Shown piece by piece: positions 37,765 through 48,561 of a stretch of 64,000 nt of DNA. A program made the position numbers and the translations under genes. The DNA lies in contig CM059431.1 of assembly GCA_030390025.1 (NCBI GenBank), positions 109,618,001 to 109,682,000 of the forward strand. The letters are read 5' to 3'. How positions within the stretch are numbered: position 1 is the first letter of the stretch; every line of letters begins with the position of its first letter. The notes beneath the pieces are model-generated. The model was not told the origin of the DNA. It made no database searches and saw only the letters and a program-made list of their open reading frames with translations. The stretch comes from Squalus acanthias (Eukaryota).

Positions 37765-38553
37765 GTGTGTCTTGGCGAAGTGCTGAGGGATGGTGGACTG
37801 GCACAGGATGTACGAGTCATGGCAGCTGCCAGGGAACTTGGCGTACACATGGATGATAATCTTCCTATGGTTGCAGACCAGCTGAACGTTGAGGGAGTGG
37901 AAGCCCTTGCGGTTAACAAATACTGCTGGGTTGTGATGGGGTGCCCTGATGGCCACATGTGTGCAGTCGATGACTCCCTGCACCCGTGGAAAGACAGCTA
38001 GAACGGCAAAGCCAAGCGCACGTTCATTGACAGTGGCTTCATCAGTGGCAAAATGAATATAATTTGCGGACTTGTTAAATAGGGCATCGGTGACCTGTGC
38101 GATGCATCTGTGTGCGGCCGACTGCGAGATGCTGCAAAGATCTGTTGCTGGTGCCTGGAAGGAGCCTGAGGCGAAGAAGTTGGGGGCAAGGGTGACTTTG
38201 ACAGCCACTCGTAAGGAGTGTCCACCCCTTCCTCTGAGCTGCAGGTCTTGCTCCAGCATTGTGCAAATGTCGGCGACGACCTGGCGCAATAACCTGAGCC
38301 TCCTTTGGCACTGCTGCTCCGTCATGTTGAGGAAGCTCATCCTCTGCCAGTATACCCTGTGTTGAGGGTATGGACTCCGGCACGGTGCAGCCCTGCGCTG
38401 ATGCCCTCTGCCCTGTGCAGCATCAGGTGGTTGAGGAGAAGGTTGGTGCTCTTGTTGTTGCTGCTGCTGCTGGTGTGGCTGGTTCTGCTGCTGCTGCAGC
38501 TGATCGTCATCAGATTCGGAGGACCAAGGTGACACAGCATAAATCGTGCCCAT
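37765..38553 (-). pseudogene. HARBI1-like Harbinger transposase, N-terminal ~260 aa
   Basis: [50 protein letters not shown]; lacks the GD.GY and distal E motifs. Confidence 0.92.
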
Positions 38554-39343
38554 TCTGATGATTCATATGGCAGGTGAAGTTACCTGGCGTGATCCCCAAG
38601 TGACGGGAACCTCGTGGAAAACATGGGAAACTACTTTGTGCCTGCTAAAATGGTTAGTAAATTGGTTTAAACACCCTCTCAACTAGCGCAACTGAATGAC
38701 CCATCGCTTAGTGCCGTGTCTGCAAAGCGCAGGCAGAACCGGCGCTAGGGAAACTCGCAAGGAGGCGGGATTAGAGCGGGATACCGCCCCGCTGTCAATC
38801 ATTTGGATTTTGACAGCGGACCCGCCTCCGAACCCACCCTCTGAGCGCCGGCAAAATTCAGCCCTTTGTGTTTCCTGTACGAGGACAACTAAATCTCACT
38901 GAGCACCAACATTTAACAGTTTCTCACCATTTAAAAAATATTCTGTTTTTCTATTCTTCCTACCAAAGTGAATAACCTCACATTTTCCAAGCGATAGAGG
39001 GAAAAGGGAGCCGAGCAGTTGCAAGAAGACACAGCCATGGACACAAGATGGGAGGGTGTGTAATCAGCCAGTTCTGGGCCCAGCATGCATAGGTTTGTCA
39101 ACTGTTTAAGATTTTCCTGGAGTTTCCAGGGATGAAAGATTAATCTCCTGGACACTGCTGCAAGCAACCCAGGAGAAAAATCAGTGGGGTATTCAAAAAA
39201 TTGTGTGTTTTTCTCATTTTCTTTGAATACTTCCAATCATTAGTTATAAAAATATTGGAGATGGGAAAAGAAAGTGTTTGACTGAGCAGGTGGTTGGGGA
39301 CGGAAAGTCAGACGCAATGAAACCTTCAGGAATTCATCCAACC

Positions 39344-39890
39344 AGAGGCTGAAAATGAGGCCGAACCAAGGAGGCCCAAGGCCCATCTGAAATTGGGCCT
39401 TGGGGCTTATCAAAATACGGTGGGGGCAGCCTGTCGTGCCTCCACAGACAACCAATTTCAGGCCGCTTGCCTCGTTAGCAGTGACCCTCAGGGCAAGTGC
39501 AGGTCGGCGGGGGCGGGGGGCAGGGGGGGTGATAGCGGGGGCGGGGGGGGTGGGTGAGTGTTGATCATAGCTGGCAGAGGCCATCAGAAGTTTTGTGGAG
39601 CTGGGAGGAGCACTACTGCGCCTCCTGGCTCCACATGAATTCTTTTAATGTTTTTACTTGCCTTCTTTGGTGGCGGCCACTCGCCAGTCCGCATCCACGG
39701 CTGGAAAACCTGACCGGAGCCCAGTTTCAGGGAGGGGTCCCAAAACAGGCATTAGGCCCCATCATTAGCATATGCAAAGCGGCCCCGAACGCCTGAAAAT
39801 TGTCCGAGGCCAATATGGCATTGGACATTTTTCAGGTGTCCTTGGGGTACAGGGCGTATCCCTGCGCAAATTGGTGATTTTTGCTCCTAT
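39344..39890. mobile_element. Degenerate Harbinger-like MITE
   Basis: GC-rich body, weak TIR-like ends (ggctgaaaat / atttttgctcc), ttagcatatgcaaa motif similar to that at ~22890. Confidence 0.4.
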
Positions 39891-40393
39891 TTTCAATCTG
39901 GTAAATGGGTGCAGTGATGACCAATTTCTACCTCGAAATATATGAGCAAGAGGAAATTTAGTAGTTTGTCTGTGCTGCATAAATTTGAAAGATGGCTTAC
40001 AACATAAGCATCGATTCACCGATGGGTCACACCCAACACTGAGCGGCTCTCTGCAGGAAGTACTGGTCAGGAAATCACGGACTTGCAGCACCTGATCTTC
40101 TTTCCCAACCAACATTCCCTGCACCGCTCCACACTGGAAATGCCTAATCAGCCCAATAGTTTCAATGGCTGCGATTTTGCTCACCTCGGCGGGTCCGTGG
40201 CGGGCGACGTTGGTGGCGGGTCGCGACCCCGCTGCTGGCTCCAGCCCGCTGTCCAAAATGAATTTCCCTTGATGGGGCTTCTAAGCCCGCCCAGTGCGTT
40301 TCCCGGCCCAATTAGAGGAAGCAGGTCGGGTGACGTCATTTGATGACGCGTCATCAGCCGATTTCTTTAAAGGGACCATGTCCAAATTTATTT

Positions 40394-41896
40394 TGATGTG
40401 GAGATGCCAGTGTTGGACTGGGGTGGACAAAAGTGAGAAGTTGCACAACACCAGGTTATAGTCCAACAGTTTTATTTGAAATCACAAGCTTTCGGAGCGC
40501 TTCTCCTTCGTCAGGTGAAGTGAAAAAATACATATGGGCACAGCATATATAGTCAGAGAACACTGCCAGACGACTACAGTTAATCTTTCTAACTGCCCTT
40601 TATCACACCTCGGCAGAGAGATAATCACGGCAATCAAAGGTGTGGATGGTGTCCAACCAGGTCAGTCAGGAAGACATTACATCAAAGATGATAGCAAAAT
40701 ACAACAAAGACAATGAGGTGGGGTCACAAGGGGTCAAATGTGGCAGATGCTGGAGTCTGTATGGAAAACAATTTTTTTTTTACTTTTTTTGCTGGAAATC
40801 ACATCTGTGTAGAGAGAACAAGCCAACGACGACTCGAGTCTGGATGACTCTACGTCAGGTGGGGTTACATGTAGCGTGACATGAACCCAAGATCCCGGTT
40901 GAGGCCGTCCTCATGGGTGCGGAACTTGGCTATCAGTTTCTGCTCGATGATTTTGCGTTGTCGTGTGTCTCGAAGGCCGCCTTGGAGAACGCTTACTCGA
41001 AGATCGGAGGCTGAATGTCCTTGACTGCTGAAGTGTTCCCCGACTGGGAGGTAATACTCCTGCCTGGCGATTGTTGCGCGGTGTCCGTTCATACGTTGTC
41101 GCAGTGTCTGCATGGTCTCGCCAATGTACCATGCTCCGGGGCATCCTTTCCTGCAACATATGAGGTAGACAACGTTGGCCGAGTCACATGAGTATGTACC
41201 ATGTACCTGGTGGGTAGTGTCCTCACGTGTGATGATGGTATCTGTGTTGATGATCTGGCATGTCTTGCAGAGGTTGCCGTGGCAGGGTTGTGTGGTGTCG
41301 TGGTCGCTGTTCTCCTGAAAGCTGGGTAATTTGCTGCGAACGATGGTACTTTTGAGGTTAGGTGGCTGTTTGAAGGCGAGTAGTGAGGCATGGGGATGGC
41401 CTTAGTGAGGTGTTCGTCGTCATCAATGACATGTTGAAGGCTGCGAAGAACATGGCGTAGTTTCTCCGCTCCGAGGAAGTACTGGACGACATAGGGTACT
41501 CCGTTGGTTGTGTCCCGTGTTCGTCTTCTGAGGAGGTCTATGCGATTTTTCGCTGTGGCCCGTCGGAACTGTCAATCGACGAGTCGAGCGTCATATCCCG
41601 TTCTTACGAGGGCGTCTTTCAGTGTCCGTAGGTGTCTATCGCGTTCCTCCTCGTCTGAGCAGATCCTGTGTATTCGCAGGGCTTGTCCATAGGGGATGGC
41701 TTCTTTAACGTGGTTAGGGTGGAAGCTGGAGAAGTGGAGCATCGTGAGGTTGTCCGTGGGCTTGCGGTAGAGTGAAGTGCTGAGGTGTCCATCTTTGATG
41801 GAGATTCATGTGTCAAAGAATGAAACCGATTCTGAGGAGTAGTCCATGGTGAGTTTGATGGTGGGATGGAACTTGTTGATGTTATCGTGTAGTCTT
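40394..41896 (-). mobile_element. Penelope-like retroelement family 1, 5'-truncated (RT thumb plus GIY-YIG endonuclease)
   Basis: Fragments translate to STSLYRKPTD, AIPYGQALRIHRICS, NVVYL-C...YIGET.QTLRQRMNGH...EQKLIAKFRTHEDGLN; stop at 40865; hammerhead-bearing terminus. Confidence 0.93.
40482..40518 (-). ncRNA. Minimal type I hammerhead ribozyme motif
   Basis: Minus strand UCAC-CUGACGA-A-GGAG(aagcg)CUCC-GAAA-GCUU-GUGA. Confidence 0.8.
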
Positions 41897-43506
41897 TTTG
41901 ACATTTGTGCTGCACAGGGCTGCACCCAGGCTATCCCATGACTCACTCCAAATGCTTATGGAGGGAGTCACAGCATGCAGGGAGGTCCTCTTTCCTTCCC
42001 ATGGACGGAAGAGACCTCCCCAGGAGATAAGCACAGCCTGGTTGCACATTGCAGAGGAGGGCACAAGCAGGGATGTGGTCAGGAGGACCTGGGTGCAGTT
42101 CCGTAAACGTTTCAATGATCTCAGTAGATCACGAAACATTAGTACAAAGCCACACTCAACCTCATCCTGCTGTGCCTCTCATCACATCCTCATCACTCTG
42201 CCTTCCCTACCTTACTCCTGCGCATCCTTACTCACACCAACTTACCTTGCACCTCTACCCATCCCTCTCTCTCTATCTATATTATCACATCCCCATCTCA
42301 CAAGCCACCCCACACACTCACCTGCATCCTAGTGCAATCATACCAACTAACAACACACAAGGGTGTTTTATGCAATGTTCATGTAAAGTTTCTATTAATG
42401 TGGTGTCAAACATTGAAATCTTTATTTTCAACACTTTGTGTTCTTGGACAGATTTGTGTGAACCTTTGGAAGTGGCTTACTGAGTTGCAGTGAATGGTGA
42501 GACATAACGGTATCCCCGCAATGGTGATGAGTGTGAAAGGAATTGCTTGGGCATTGTAGGGATGCTTTATGTTGTTGGTGTGGGGTGGTGCCAACCTGGC
42601 ACATCATGTGGCAGCCAGGATGTACAGCATCAAGTGAAGTAAATCTGGCCATGGTGAGGCCATCCCTGGCCTCCTGGCAGCAATGTGATCTGGTGCTGAT
42701 GCCCTCTGTCCTGTGCAGCATCAGGTGATTGCGGAGAAGGTTGGTGTTGTTGGTGCTGCTGGTGTGCCTGGTGCTGCTGGTGTTGGGGCTGATTGTGGTG
42801 GGGTTCTAAGAACCAAGGTGAGAGAATATAAAGGGCACCCATGTTGATGGAATAGATGGCAGGTGAAGTAGAGATGACAGAAGCGATCTATCAATGGTGA
42901 GAGAGGTAATGAGGTTAGACTGGATGGAGACTTGTGTAAAGACTTACAGCATGGTGACTCTGTTGTGGAAATGCAGTGAGGAAGAGCTTGTGGCTGAGGG
43001 AAGATATCTCTGTAAGGTGGGAGCTTTTACTTAACATTTGAAGCTGTCAACTGATCAGCTGATTCAATGGCCACTAACCTCCCACCTCAGCTTCACAGAT
43101 GTGGTCTAGCAACAGCGTGAAACCCGTAGGCGACCTGTCAAATTCAAAAGGTCAGTTTAAAACCATTGTTAAGTGGCTGTAAACAAGCCACTAATCATTT
43201 AAATTGGCTCCCCCGCCGCTGTGTGTCGGGTCTGCTTAGCGCTGACAGACCTGACATTTGGTAAAGGCACGTGGTGGCGGGTTCACAGCGGGGTCCCGAA
43301 CCGTTGGGGGGAAAAAACACTTTCCCACCCGACCCGCCACCGATCGTGCCCACTCACCCCCTGGAAAATCTCGGCCAATGAGATCTTTGTTTCCTATTAA
43401 TTCTGTACCGCAAGCTCAAATTGGCTTTAACTTAATTATTTTGTAGGTAAAAAGCTGACATTTTACTGAAGTCATTCAGTCTAAATTTATTTCTTTATGT
43501 TTGTGT

Positions 43507-43577
43507 ATAGATAGATAGATAGATAGACCGATCGATCAATCGATCGACCTCTATATCAATATTCACACACACACACA
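43507..43577. repeat. (GATA)n/(GATC)n and (CA)n microsatellites
   Basis: Direct reading. Confidence 0.85.
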
Positions 43578-44604
43578 TGCATTCACAATGTAAGGGATGA
43601 TGTTGCTGAAAAATTGGTCAGTTATTTAACCATCCAACCATTTTCAGGTTTGGGAAGATTTGATAATATATTGCCTTGACAATGCATCTCAACCACAAGC
43701 TGATCGAGCATCCTAGTGCACGAACATGACCCCAAGACATGGTCTTATCAGCACAATCTGCACTGTGAGCTCATAGAAAGGAATCACAATTTATCCCAGT
43801 TTTTAGGGTTTTGTAATGTGAACTCATGACCACAGGGATTTGTCACAATTCATTTCACTTCCAACCATCTTCACCCAGTTGAGAGAAAAGTGATTGCATT
43901 GTGTTCTGCGCTGGATTTCAACACAATTTCTAACTCTTTTGTGAAATTTCACCAGATTTATACTGGTACAAAGTCTTCAGTGTAAAAGGTTTTGTTTGAG
44001 TAGCAGGGTAACAAGAGTCTATGCTCAATGTAAACCTGCAGGCACATGTGTGCCAGTATAAATGGGCCAAAGTGAAGTGCTATCAACATGATTTAGTTCA
44101 AGACATTGTGTGGCCTACTTTCAGACCAGCTGACATTAAACTACTTTTGACAGTTTTGCAGCGGGAAGTGCCTATAACATTTATGTGGCCCTTGAAGTAA
44201 AAGTTTTATTTGTCTCATTACCATACCCAGCATCTGCTGTTGCCTCCCTTACCAGCTTTTTGTTTTGCTTTTCCCCACCCCCTTCTCTCCTAAAGATGTT
44301 GACTCCTTGCTGGGGTACAGCTCCATGGGTGCTGGCCACCCTCTGGTAGCTTGGCCAGCATTCATATGCGAGAAGGTGTCGGGTATCCGAATGACTGTCT
44401 GAAATGTTTCTTCAGTGGCCTATTCGAGTGTGGGAGGAATCACATGCCAGCCGGATGCTGTCCTCACTCATCATCCATTCCATGCTCAATTCCAGGAGGA
44501 GTCACTGGGCATTGATCAGGAACTGAAACCTGACCGATATTGCTCTGCCTAACCCTGGGCTATTTGCCCTACTGTATGTGCACCAGTTCTTTGCTGGAGA
44601 ATGC

Positions 44605-45830
44605 CAATACTAATCTCACTTCCCTGCACTCTTCTCCAAAGCCCCTGTAACTTCCTTTACTGCAAATATGTGTTCATTTTTTCCTTAAAAGCTGACAATG
44701 GTCTCTGCCTCAGTTACTTCCTGTGATAATGTATTCCATGCTTCAACAGCTCTCTACATAAAATACATTTCTCCTAACCCCCTTCTCCTCATTCTCCGAG
44801 TGACCATTTTAATTGCTGGCCCCCCTCATTACTGACTTGCCAACCAGAGGAAATAGTCTTTCCCTACTCACTATCAAAACCCTTCATAATTTATGATATC
44901 TCCCCTTCGCTTTCTCTGCTTCAATAGTTCCAGTATCCGAAGTCTCCCCTCAGAGCTATAGTTTCCACTTCCTGGCATCATCCTGGTGATTCACACTTTC
45001 CCAAGTCCCAAACCAGGATAATAGCTGAGCCATACTAGCAGAACCTTTGCTTTGTACGAGTCTGCTGATCTTGACCAGGATGATGGCTAGAATTGCCTTC
45101 AGTACCCCTGGGTTAGGCAAAACACTATCGGCCAGGGTGCCCATTCCAGATCTCAGTGGCTTTCATAACCTATCTATTTTAAGATGCCCAAAATTGCTTA
45201 CTGAACTCCAACTGTGGTCAAACTAATGTTTTCCATAAGTCTATGCCCTTCTTTATAAAATCCAAAGTTCTATTAGCCTTTGTATATCTTTATCTACCTA
45301 CACTCGTACTTTCAGGAAATTATGTATTTGAACCTGTAGGTCTCTCTGTTCATCCATACTCATCAGCATCTTTCCATTGAACAAATACTTTCATTCCCTG
45401 TGCTCGCTCAGAAGTGTATTAGCCAAAATTCTCCACATTCAATTGCATCTGCCTATTCCACTGATGTATCTGTATCCTCCCCAAGTCTTTTTATAGTCCT
45501 CCTTGGTGTTTGTCAAACTCTCTACTTTTGTGTGGTCAGAAAATGTTGATATTGCGCTCTCTATGTTCAAGTCCAACTCATCTATAGCCACCTAGAACAA
45601 AACTGGACTCAGCACTTACCGCTGGGGTACTGCACTTCCAAATCATCTTCAATCTGAACAACACACCCTAGCTCTTTGTTTCCTGTCCATCAGCCAACTT
45701 TCTAGCCATTCTCTCTGATACCACATGTCGGAACTTTTGTAACAAGCCTCCTGTAAGGCACCTTATTGAACATCTTCTGAAAATCCATAAACACAACACA
45801 AACTGCATTCTCTTTATCCAGCCATTCAAT
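44605..45830 (-). mobile_element. Old, highly degenerate CR1 LINE
   Basis: Reverse-strand remnants of DFQK.F.KVP, VPQ..VL.PV and FDKH(FADD), plus the 3' region. Confidence 0.65.
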
Positions 45831-46741
45831 CATCTCTTGCACACCTCTGTTACGCTTGTAGGAACACGACATAAACATTACATGTGGCCCATGAGGTGGA
45901 TATACACTGAAGTGGCTTGCAAAGACACAACACTTAAAACACTCCTGATATAGACCATAATTTCACAAGTTTATGCACAAATGAACTATGATTGGTGAAT
46001 AATTGCCAAGCCAACTTATTGTGTATATAAATTGCTTTTATACGATCCTTGTTCGCTCATACTTTGCGCTTAGACACTGACGAAACTGTCAGATGTGCAA
46101 AATACCAGGGCCTAGGCCATGATTTTGCCGGCGCTCAGAGGGCGGGTTTGGAGATGGGTCAGCTGTTAAATTCGATATGATTGGCAGAGGGTTGGGAACC
46201 CGCCACGATCCCGCCTCCGTGTGAATTTCCAAAGTGTCGGGTCTGCGATTTCAGAACAGACCCGACACCAAGCGGCGGGTGAGGGATTTAAGATACCTAA
46301 CTCCTTGTTAAGTGCTTGTTAGCTGCTATTTTGACAGCCTTTTCCTTTTTTCGCACATTTGCAACGGGTTTCACGACGTTCGGAGATCACGTCAGGTGAG
46401 TATGTCGGGAGGACGAACGAGCTGAATAGTTCCCAGCTGCAACTGCAGTATAAAAGCTAAACTCTCACATCTGTTCACTTTCAATTGTCAGAGGTTGCTG
46501 ATTTCAGGATTTGGAAGACACATTTGATCTATCTTGAGGCTGTAAGTGTGTGGTGTTAACTCTATATGCACTGTCACCTCCTTGGAATAACCTCTCTCCC
46601 CATTGACTGAATGCTTATAACATCTCATCCTCGACTGCCATATATAACAGCCATGATGTGGAGATGCCGGTGTTGGACTGGGGTGGACAAAAATGAGAAG
46701 TCGCACAACACCAGGTTATAGTCCAACAGATTTATTTAAAA

Positions 46742-46779
46742 TTACAAGCTTTCGGAGCTGTTGCCCCTTCGTCAGGTAA
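46742..46779 (-). ncRNA. Minimal hammerhead ribozyme motif
   Basis: UUAC-CUGACGA-A-GGGGC(aaca)GCUCC-GAAA-GCUU-GUAA on the minus strand. Confidence 0.8.
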
Positions 46780-48461
46780 AGGTACAATGAGGGAATCTAC
46801 AGTATTATACAGTATATAAACACAGAAAGCAATTTGTCTGCAGAGATACAATCTTTCAGGGAGGCATTACATCAAAGACACACCAGAGCACAGCCAAGAC
46901 AATGAGATGGGTCACAGGGGGTCCAACGTGTCAAATCCTGCCGTCTGCAGTTGAGCTTTTAACCTTTTTTTTGGTTTTTTTGGTTGTTTTTTTTGTGTGT
47001 TTTTTTAAAAAAAACTGGAAAGACAGACAACGATGTCGAGTCACGTTCTGTAGCATGACATGAACCCGATATCCCTATTGAGGCCATCCTCATGGGTGCG
47101 GAACTTGGCTATCAGTTTCTGCTCGATGATTTTGCGTTGTCGTGTGTCTCGAAGGCCGCCTTGGAGAACGCTAACCCGCAGATCCGAGGCTGAATGTCTT
47201 TGACTGCTGAAGTGTTTCCCGACTGGGAGGTAACAATCCTGCCTGGTGATTTTTGCGCGGTGTCCGTTCATACGTTGTCTCAGTGTCTGCATGGTCTCGC
47301 CCACGGACAACCTCACGATGCTCCACTTCTCCAGCTTCCACCCTAACCACATTAAAGAAGCCATCCCCTATGGACAAGCCCTGCGAATACACAGGATCTG
47401 CTCAGACGAGGAGGAACGCGATGGACACCTATGGACACTGAAAGACGCCCTCGTAAGAACGGGATATGATGCTCGACTCGTCGATCGACAGTTCCGACGG
47501 GCCACAGCGAAAAACCACATAGACCTCCTCAGAAGGCGAACACGGGACACAACCAACAGAGTACCCTACGTCGTCCAATACTTCCCCGGAGCGGAGAAAC
47601 TACACCATGTTCTTCGCAGCCTTCAACATGTCATCGATGACGACGAACACCTTGGTAAGGCCATCACCACGCCTCCACTACTCTCCTTCAAGCAGCCGCC
47701 TAACCTCAAAAGTACCATCGTTCGCATCAAATTACCCAGCTGTCAGGAGAACAGCGACCACGACACCACACAACCCTGCCACGGCAACCTCTGCAAGACA
47801 TGCCAGATCATCAACACAGATACCATCATCACACATGAGGACACTACCCACCAGGTACATGGTACATACTCATGTGACTCGGCCAACGTTGTCTACCTGA
47901 TACGTTGCAGGAAAGGATGCACCGGAGCATGGTACATCGGCGAGACCATGCAGACACTGAGACAACATATGAACGGACATCACGCAACAATCATCAGGCA
48001 GGAGTGTTACCTCCCAGTCGGGGAACACTTCAGCAGTCAAGGACATTCAGCCTCGGATCTGCGGGTTAGCGTTCTCCAAGGTGGCCTTCGAGACACACGA
48101 CAACGCAAAATCATCGAGCAGAAACTGATAGCCAAGTTCCGCACCCATGAGGACAGGTCTCAATAGGGATATCAGGTTCATGTCACACTACAGAACGTGA
48201 CTCGACATCGTTGTCTGTCTTTCCAGTTTTTTTAAAAAAAACACACAAAAAAAACACCCAAAAAAAGCAAAAAAAAGGTTAAAAGCTCAACTGCAGACGG
48301 CAGGATTTGACACGTTGGACCCCCTGTGACCCATCTCATTGTCTTGGCTGTGCTCTGGTGTGTCTTTGATGTAATGCCTCCCTGAAAGATTGTATCACTG
48401 CAGACAAATTGCTTTCTGTGTTTATATACTGTGTAATACTGTAGATTCCCTCATTGTACCT

Positions 48462-48499
48462 TTACCTGACGAAGGGGCAACAGCTCCGAAAGCTTGTAA
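48462..48499 (+). ncRNA. Minimal hammerhead ribozyme motif
   Basis: ttac-ctgacga-a-ggggc(aaca)gctcc-gaaa-gctt-gtaa. Confidence 0.8.
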
Positions 48500-48561
48500 T
48501 TTTAAATAAATCTGTTGGACTATAACCTGGTGTTGTGTGACTTCTCATATATAACAGCAGA

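Larger units (their letters stand above)
35570..38864. mobile_element. PIF/Harbinger transposon with convergent Myb-like and transposase genes (transposase C-terminus deleted)
   Basis: TIRs TGGCTGGGATTT / AAAATTCAGCCC; TSD TTT; precisely interrupts a CR1. Confidence 0.9.
40167..43376. mobile_element. PIF/Harbinger internal-deletion derivative containing a Penelope-like insertion
   Basis: TIRs GGCTGCGATTTT / AAAATCTCGGCC; exact TSD AAT. Myb exon 1 at ~41915-42140(+) and transposase N-terminal remnant at ~42630-42842(-), collinear with 11559-15042. Confidence 0.9.
46652..48545. mobile_element. Penelope-like element family 1 with large inverted duplication of its 3' end
   Basis: 46652-47300 on the minus strand and 47301-48545 on the plus strand. 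ORF 47246..48166 has the RT thumb plus GIY-YIG (NVVYLIRC...WYIGET). 13-bp TSD CATATATAACAGC. Confidence 0.93.

Noticed and set aside
37279..38553. 424-aa ORF as a novel transposase fusion
   Set aside because: After ~37765 it reads through a deletion junction into the antisense strand of the Myb-like gene; the catalytic C-terminus is missing.
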